Sequence record: OR424387.1
DNA length: 39,891 nucleotides
Source: Escherichia phage HEMP4
Strand: one strand, 5' to 3'
Under the pieces are notes generated by a model, which did no database searches, was not told where the DNA came from, and saw only the letters and a program-made list of their open reading frames with translations. A program made the translations under genes and the position numbers. The number at the start of each line of letters is the position of its first letter. Position 1 is the first letter of the stretch. Positions 34,798 through 39,891 of the stretch are shown here, one piece after another.

Positions 34798-34828
34798 ATA
34801 TAAGCACTCCACTTGGTAATTGCAAACC

Positions 34829-35086
34829 TTATCTGGTTTGCTTTCGTAATTGTTCGGCACAATAGTCGAGATGTGTTTGCAGATCCCGCATAGACATCTG
34901 TGAGCTGGTGACGTAGTTAATCAGTGCAGTCAGTTCGGCAAGTGGGCCATCGACATTAAATCCATCCTTATCGAGATCCCGGAGTAATTTCATCAAGTGC
35001 GATCCCTCCACCAGTGACCTGACGCCTCCCGGCGTGTGAATCCTTTCGGTAAATCCGTCTTCCAGTGGATAGTGATACTGCTGCAT
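34829..35086 (-). CDS. Small antirepressor-like protein (85 aa), free-standing homolog of the shared C-terminal domain; LexA box upstream
   Basis: ATG 35086 with GGAGAA SD (ORF track TTG 35104); IHTPGGVRSLVEGSHLMKLL...DGPLAELTALINYVTSSQMSMRDLQTHLDY aligns with [20 protein letters not shown]...[30 protein letters not shown] of the two larger proteins. Confidence 0.6.
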   Translation of the reverse strand: MQQYHYPLEDGFTERIHTPGGVRSLVEGSHLMKLLRDLDKDGFNVDGPLAELTALINYVTSSQMSMRDLQTHLDYCAEQLRKQTR

Positions 35087-35105
35087 CTTATCTTCTCCAT
35101 GCAAT

Positions 35106-35125
35106 AACTGTATAAATATACAGTA
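35106..35125. promoter_or_regulatory. LexA (SOS) box
   Basis: aaCTGTataaatatACAGta: CTGT-N8-ACAG with AT-rich spacer, matching consensus; 20 bp upstream of small Ant-like gene start. Confidence 0.7.
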
Positions 35126-35162
35126 TCAAATAATTTGTTTGCTATCCAGCACGTTTTGCAAA

Positions 35163-35177
35163 TCACCTGAAAGGTAA
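35163..35177. promoter_or_regulatory. Operator-like site (9/10 match, TCACC-N5-GGTAA)
   Basis: tcacctgaaaggtaa between LexA box and tailspike start. Confidence 0.4.
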
Positions 35178-35281
35178 TATCTTTTCGTATTTATGGGTTA
35201 TCTATCCATATGTGGTTTTTCAGGTAATAGAATAACCAGATATGCGGCGCAACGGGTGCTGCGACTATCTGGAGATTTAAC

Positions 35282-37471
35282 ATGACGGTCTCAACCGAAG
35301 TTGACCACAACGAATACACAGGTAACGGCGTTACGACATCATTTCCGTATACCTTCCGTATTTTCAAAAAATCCGACCTGGTTGTTCAGGTGTCTGACCT
35401 GAACGGGAACGTAACAGAATTGGTTCTGGATACCGGTTATACGGTAACTGGGGCGGGCACTTATAGTGGCGGTTCTGTGGTTCTTCCGTCTCCGCTTGCT
35501 GCTGGCTGGCGAATTACGATAGAGCGTGTGCTTGATGTGGTGCAGGAGACTGATCTTCGCAATCAGGGAAAATTTTTCCCCGAAGTTCATGAAGATGCAT
35601 TTGACTACCTGACGATGCTGATCCAGCGATGTTTTGGGTGGTTCAGACGTGCATTGATGAAACCATCTTTGCTTGCAAAATATTACGATGCAAAGCAAAA
35701 CAAAATTTCTAACCTTGCAGATCCATCATTTGAGCAGGACGCTGTAAATAATCGCTCAATGCGTAATTATGTCGATGCTGCAATCGCCGGGGTTGTTGGT
35801 GGTTTTGGTTGGTTTATACCGTCAGGAAGCGGGGCAAGACAACGAACATTTCAAAGCAAAATGAGGGATATAATTTCTCCTTGTGATTACGAAGATAATA
35901 TTTTTATGATTAAGGAGTTGATATCCAAAGGCAAAAATGCCGCTGTTTTTAACTCATATTATACTTTTGTTATTACTGTTGGCGAATGGGGTGATTACCC
36001 TACACTCAAAGATGCAATCATTGCAGCCCAGTCAATGAGACCTATGTGGGATGGTGGTAATGCTTTCTGCGAAATAAGAATTAAGACCGGGCATATTATC
36101 AACTATCAAATTGAATTCAGTTCAGGTGTTGATTTGTCTTGGATTAAAATAACATCAGAAGACTCAGTGGTTTTCTCTGACACTCGTTTGTTTACTAAAA
36201 TCGTTAGAACGTATTACGAATACAAGTATTTATTTTACATTTGCGATGCAGCAAAAAGTCCTGTATTTGCTATTCAGATCGAAGAAAATAGAGATGATAG
36301 CGATGTTTGTGCATTTATTGTAACTCAAAAAGCTGAACTTAATTTCTATCCGTATTCAGGTGCTCGAAAGTTCTACGTTGGAATTCATGGTAGTTTTGGT
36401 GCAAAAATTAGTGCATATCATACCGGATGTGCTCCTGATGAGGAAAGTGTTGCTGCATATATGCCAGAAGGGTATTACGTATGTGATTTTTCTTATAGCA
36501 GATACTCTTCCCTGCAACTGGTAAATAATGTCAAGGCATCAATGCCTGTAAGCAAGTTTGAACGGTGCACAGAGAGTACGGTTGCGTCAGTTAATTGTAT
36601 TTATAATGTTAAAGCAGATTTTCAGGGGTCAAGTGCAAGCTATTGTTATATAGGATGGAATGTAAGAGATGGTTCAAATGTTAATATACGCGACCATAAA
36701 ACTATACATTGCTCATATCGTGGATTAACCTGCATTCATACAGCATATGTTGATGCAAGACGACATGACGTTGAAGAAAGTGATGCAGAAACAAGTGGTA
36801 AAGTCCTTGAACCAAATATTGAAAAAGGTTTTTATGGATGTGCACTTGGTGTGCGTATTGATGGTGCGGGTTGCGTTGATGTTGCTGGTAATGATATGCG
36901 CAATTGTGGAACAGCCGTTAATGCAGACACTGGTGCTGTTATTTCAGGAAAGGCTGTAGATATCTCAGGGGCTGAGCTGGGATTTGATTGCCATGCAGGA
37001 GCATCTGTTAATTTTCCAAGGCTATGGGGTACAGATATAAAAAAATTAATGCACCTCCAAGATGGTGTAAGGTTTAACTCTAATATTTGTCATGTATTTG
37101 GTGCAAATCCCACAAAAGATATTAGATGGATTGATGTAGAGAGATCTGAAGCTTCTTTTATGAATGCAACGCTGGATGCAGATTCAGGATTTATTGCCGA
37201 CTGTGGTAGTAGGATAACCATTGAAGGAAGTAAAGTTAAAAACCAAACAATAAGAAGTTTTTTTGGATCATATGTGGCTATAAATAATACTGTTGCTGAC
37301 AGAACTTATTCAGATATAGCCGATGTTCCGCAGTTGACTATTAGTGGAGGATCTTTTATTTCTGCTACAGGATATTCTAATTCTGACTCCAGCCCTCTGA
37401 GGTTGAGCACAACACGAAATACACTTGGCGTTGGAGGAGCCATATTTTCAACCAATGGGGAAGTTTCATGA
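35282..37471 (+). CDS. Tail fiber/tailspike: T7 gp17-like N-terminal adaptor domain plus beta-helix-like receptor-binding region
   Basis: 729 aa; N-terminal YTGNGVTTSFPYTFRIFKKSDLVVQV resembles T7 tail fiber N-terminal domain; central/C-terminal Gly/Asn/Val-rich repeats typical of parallel beta-helix depolymerases; distal part AT-rich. Confidence 0.75.
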   Translation: MTVSTEVDHNEYTGNGVTTSFPYTFRIFKKSDLVVQVSDLNGNVTELVLDTGYTVTGAGTYSGGSVVLPSPLAAGWRITIERVLDVVQETDLRNQGKFFPEVHEDAFDYLTMLIQRCFGWFRRALMKPSLLAKYYDAKQNKISNLADPSFEQDAVNNRSMRNYVDAAIAGVVGGFGWFIPSGSGARQRTFQSKMRDIISPCDYEDNIFMIKELISKGKNAAVFNSYYTFVITVGEWGDYPTLKDAIIAAQSMRPMWDGGNAFCEIRIKTGHIINYQIEFSSGVDLSWIKITSEDSVVFSDTRLFTKIVRTYYEYKYLFYICDAAKSPVFAIQIEENRDDSDVCAFIVTQKAELNFYPYSGARKFYVGIHGSFGAKISAYHTGCAPDEESVAAYMPEGYYVCDFSYSRYSSLQLVNNVKASMPVSKFERCTESTVASVNCIYNVKADFQGSSASYCYIGWNVRDGSNVNIRDHKTIHCSYRGLTCIHTAYVDARRHDVEESDAETSGKVLEPNIEKGFYGCALGVRIDGAGCVDVAGNDMRNCGTAVNADTGAVISGKAVDISGAELGFDCHAGASVNFPRLWGTDIKKLMHLQDGVRFNSNICHVFGANPTKDIRWIDVERSEASFMNATLDADSGFIADCGSRITIEGSKVKNQTIRSFFGSYVAINNTVADRTYSDIADVPQLTISGGSFISATGYSNSDSSPLRLSTTRNTLGVGGAIFSTNGEVS

Positions 37472-37764
37472 TTAAGAGCATTGATGTCACTCCATTTCTT
37501 CACTCGCTTTGCGCTTTTGTGGCTCAGGTACTGGTTGGTATTTTTACCGGAAACTGGGCTTACGGTGCGATAGCCGGTTGTACGTTCTTCATTGCGCGTG
37601 AACACACCCAGGCAGAATATCGCTGGATAGAAAAGTTTGGGAAAGGGAAACGTATCAACATGCCGTGGTGGGGAGGTTTTGATCCACGCGTGTGGGATGT
37701 GGGAAGTCTGTTGGATTTTGCTGTTCCTGTTGTTTTTTGTTTTTGTGTTTATTTCTCTATTTGA
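37468..37764 (+). CDS. Small membrane protein (98 aa), translationally coupled to tailspike
   Basis: ATGA overlap with tailspike stop; two hydrophobic segments; function unknown. Confidence 0.5.
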   Translation: MIKSIDVTPFLHSLCAFVAQVLVGIFTGNWAYGAIAGCTFFIAREHTQAEYRWIEKFGKGKRINMPWWGGFDPRVWDVGSLLDFAVPVVFCFCVYFSI

Positions 37765-37966
37765 CTGCTACCGCGCCATTAAATGGTGCGGTATTCAACC
37801 TGCTCTTCACTGTTTGTTTCTTCAGAGTCATGTAAAAGGTGAGCTTTATTCTCGGCATGAAAAACAGGGAATTGACGATGTTAAAGTAACAAAAAACCAT
37901 AAATGGTTTATTATGCGTAATGCTTTACTGTTCAGGAGGTTGTTATGCATATAAACGGTGGAAAAC

Positions 37967-38371
37967 ATGTCAGCTCAACTAACCAGTGAAACTTTAAATC
38001 AGTGGCTTAGCATGAGTTCTCTGGCGGCGGTGATAGCAGGAGTTCCTCCTGAGGTTGCTTTGGGTGCTTTGGCTGGAGCGGTAATTTTTGTTACCTCTGC
38101 AGTAGAGTACCCCATCCGTCGCCGGGTGCTCCTGTCGATGCTCAGCTTTCTTTGCGGCCTTCTCTTTTACAAACCAGCAGCATCAATTCTTATCGGCATA
38201 GCCAGCCTGATCCCTACCATCACGCAGGACTCTTTTGAAAAAGGGATTGTTTTCTCTGCAGGCGCATTCGTGTCAGCAATTGTCGCTGTGCGTATTGGTA
38301 TATGGCTCTATCACCGTTCCGATAATCCACGCGAGTTAATTCCGGGGAGAAAAGACGATGGTAACGCATGA
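37967..38371 (+). CDS. Putative holin (membrane protein, about 3 TM)
   Basis: ORF track 37958..38371; ATG 37967 after GGTGGA; hydrophobic segments, charged C-terminus; located upstream of endolysin. Confidence 0.45.
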   Translation: MSAQLTSETLNQWLSMSSLAAVIAGVPPEVALGALAGAVIFVTSAVEYPIRRRVLLSMLSFLCGLLFYKPAASILIGIASLIPTITQDSFEKGIVFSAGAFVSAIVAVRIGIWLYHRSDNPRELIPGRKDDGNA

Positions 38372-38666
38372 GTTTTTTTTGCTTATCACCAATGCAGTTA
38401 TTTGCACTGGCATAGCAATTCGCGTTGTCACATTCCGGCGTAACGGCTCTCAACACCGAAGGTGGGGAGGATGGCTTGCTTATTTCCTGATTGTTGCTGC
38501 GGCCAGTATTCCTGTTCGTGTCGCCTATGCAATCTGGTTACGTACGCCAATGGCTGTGGATTTATCTGAGGTCATTATCAACGCTGTCATGCTAGCTGCG
38601 GTTATTAAAACGCGCGGTAACGTCGTTCAAATTTTCAAAGTATCGAGGTCTAAACATGGAGATTAA
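38358..38666 (+). CDS. Putative holin/antiholin (membrane protein)
   Basis: 102 aa hydrophobic protein overlapping both neighbours. Confidence 0.45.
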   Translation: MVTHEFFLLITNAVICTGIAIRVVTFRRNGSQHRRWGGWLAYFLIVAAASIPVRVAYAIWLRTPMAVDLSEVIINAVMLAAVIKTRGNVVQIFKVSRSKHGD

Positions 38667-39285
38667 ACAATTCCAGCGAGCTGCTGGTATCAGCGAGGCA
38701 CTGGCCGCACGCTGGTTCTCGCATATAACTTCTGCGATGAAAGAGTTTGGTATCAGCAAACCAGAAGATCAGGCTATGTTTATTGCTCAGGTCGGGCATG
38801 AGTCTGGAGGCTTCACCCGGTTGCAGGAGAATTTCAACTACAGCGTCAGCGGACTGGCTAACTTTGTTCGGGCTGGGCGTCTCACTCAGGGACAGGCCAA
38901 CGCATTGGGGCGACGTGCAGGCGAACCACCATTGCCACTTGAGCGCCAGAGAGCGATTGCCAATCTGGTGTACAGCAAACGCATGGGGAACAATGCCCCT
39001 GGTGATGGCTGGAACTACCGTGGGCGCGGGCTTATCCAGGTTACCGGTTTGAATAACTATCGTGACTGTGGAAACGGTCTTAAGGTTGACCTGCTGGAGA
39101 GTCCTGAACTGCTGGCGCAGGACGAATACGCGGCTCGTAGCGCGGCGTGGTTCTTTGCCAGCAAAGGATGCATGAAGTATACCGGCGATATTGCACGTGT
39201 AACTCTGATTATCAATGGTGGCCGGAACGGCATCGACGACCGGCGCGCGCGATACATCAATGCCAGTAAGGTGCTGGCGGTATGA
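38656..39285 (+). CDS. Endolysin, glycoside hydrolase family 19-like
   Basis: 209 aa; [12 protein letters not shown]...[16 protein letters not shown] resembles GH19/chitinase-like phage endolysins; GAGGT SD. Confidence 0.8.
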   Translation: MEIKQFQRAAGISEALAARWFSHITSAMKEFGISKPEDQAMFIAQVGHESGGFTRLQENFNYSVSGLANFVRAGRLTQGQANALGRRAGEPPLPLERQRAIANLVYSKRMGNNAPGDGWNYRGRGLIQVTGLNNYRDCGNGLKVDLLESPELLAQDEYAARSAAWFFASKGCMKYTGDIARVTLIINGGRNGIDDRRARYINASKVLAV

Positions 39286-39764
39286 TCTGGGCATTCGTAA
39301 AAGCATACCGGAAACAGTTGATTATCATGGCGGTGCTTGCTGTTCTGGTCATATCAGGAGTTGTTGCCTGGAGTGTACACGGCAGTCGTCAGTACGACGC
39401 CGGGTATGCGCAGGCGAAAGAAGACCGCAAAACCGAAGATGAGAGAATTCGTCAGCACTACGAACAGGAGAAAGCGATCAATGAACGTGAAGCGCAGCAG
39501 AGGATCGACCAGGCGCGCAATGATGCTCTTGATGCTGCCGCTCGCGCTGGCCGGTTGCAGCAACAGCTCGTTGCCATCCGTGAGCAGCTCAGGCAGTATA
39601 ACGCCATTGTCGGCGCTGGGACGTCAGCCGCAGACACCGGAGTTTTGCTTGCCGACGTGCTCAGTAAATCTCTCGAGAGAAACAGACAACTGGCAGAGTA
39701 TGCTGACCGGGCAGCCGAAGCCGGAAGAGTCTGTGAAAAACAGTACGACACCCTGACCAGATAG
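39282..39764 (+). CDS. Rz: Rz-like inner-membrane spanin
   Basis: 160 aa; N-terminal TM helix [17 protein letters not shown] then charged coiled-coil; overlaps endolysin stop. Confidence 0.7.
   Translation: MIWAFVKAYRKQLIIMAVLAVLVISGVVAWSVHGSRQYDAGYAQAKEDRKTEDERIRQHYEQEKAINEREAQQRIDQARNDALDAAARAGRLQQQLVAIREQLRQYNAIVGAGTSAADTGVLLADVLSKSLERNRQLAEYADRAAEAGRVCEKQYDTLTR
39481..39756 (+). CDS. Rz1: Rz1-like outer-membrane lipoprotein spanin, embedded in Rz in +1 frame
   Basis: Internal ORF with signal peptide and lipobox LALAGC; Pro/Ser-rich mature part; wholly inside Rz gene. Confidence 0.6.
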   Translation: MNVKRSRGSTRRAMMLLMLPLALAGCSNSSLPSVSSSGSITPLSALGRQPQTPEFCLPTCSVNLSRETDNWQSMLTGQPKPEESVKNSTTP

Positions 39765-39891
39765 CATGGCATTTTTCATGGTACTGATTTCCGGTGACGG
39801 TATATAAAACGGTACGATAAAAATTGAGATTTGGAAAAATGTTATCACTCAATTGGTTATGGTTATCGTAAATAATTGAGTGGGAATGATT
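39765..39891. repeat. Terminal direct repeat, copy 2 (identical to 1..127)
   Basis: Exact match to window start. Confidence 0.9.

Noticed and set aside
37637-37954. 105-aa plus-strand ORF between tailspike-coupled membrane gene and holin
   Set aside because: Overlaps the upstream gene in another frame, Cys/Phe-rich shadow composition, no RBS.
38650-39306. 218-aa minus-strand ORF opposite endolysin
   Set aside because: Antisense to a confidently identified endolysin gene.
1-39891. CRISPR arrays, insertion sequences, transposase genes
   Set aside because: No regularly spaced short repeats and no transposase-like ORFs or terminal inverted repeats seen.

Overview
The window reads as one complete temperate phage genome. 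Identical 127-bp sequences sit at both window ends (1..127 = 39765..39891), leaving about 39.76 kb of unique sequence; this is either an att-type boundary or the overlap of a circularly assembled contig. All calls are by eye from the sequence and ORF track, with no database search. Layout, left to right: a tyrosine integrase (318..1568); a leftward early operon (about 6326 down to 1600) with an AntA-domain antirepressor-like gene, an MT-A70-type adenine methyltransferase, an AlpA-like excisionase, a RecT/Red-beta-like annealing protein and a RecE-like exonuclease; an immunity switch with divergent repressor (6480..7064) and Cro-like gene (7219..7449); replication genes (O-like with iteron-like repeats, lambda-P-like loader); small nin-like genes; TerS/TerL; a tRNA-Arg(UCU) beside an AT-rich moron; a T7-like podovirus morphogenesis block (portal, scaffold, capsid, gp11/gp12-like tail proteins, three large internal proteins); an accessory island with small membrane proteins, an AT-rich two-gene moron, a Bro-N antirepressor and a small LexA-box-preceded Ant-like gene; a tailspike; and a lysis cassette (holin-like proteins, GH19-like endolysin, Rz with embedded Rz1). 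The most interesting signals are: (1) a palindrome TTACC-N5-GGTAA found perfectly 9 times, only in intergenic/promoter regions, clustered at the immunity switch; (2) a perfect LexA box in front of a small protein whose sequence recurs as the C-terminal domain of two larger antirepressor-like proteins, together with a repressor lacking a cleavage domain; (3) a 12-bp palindrome GTGACATGTCAC present three times beside terminators in the late region; (4) AT-rich moron cassettes of unknown function that may be the accessory system of interest.
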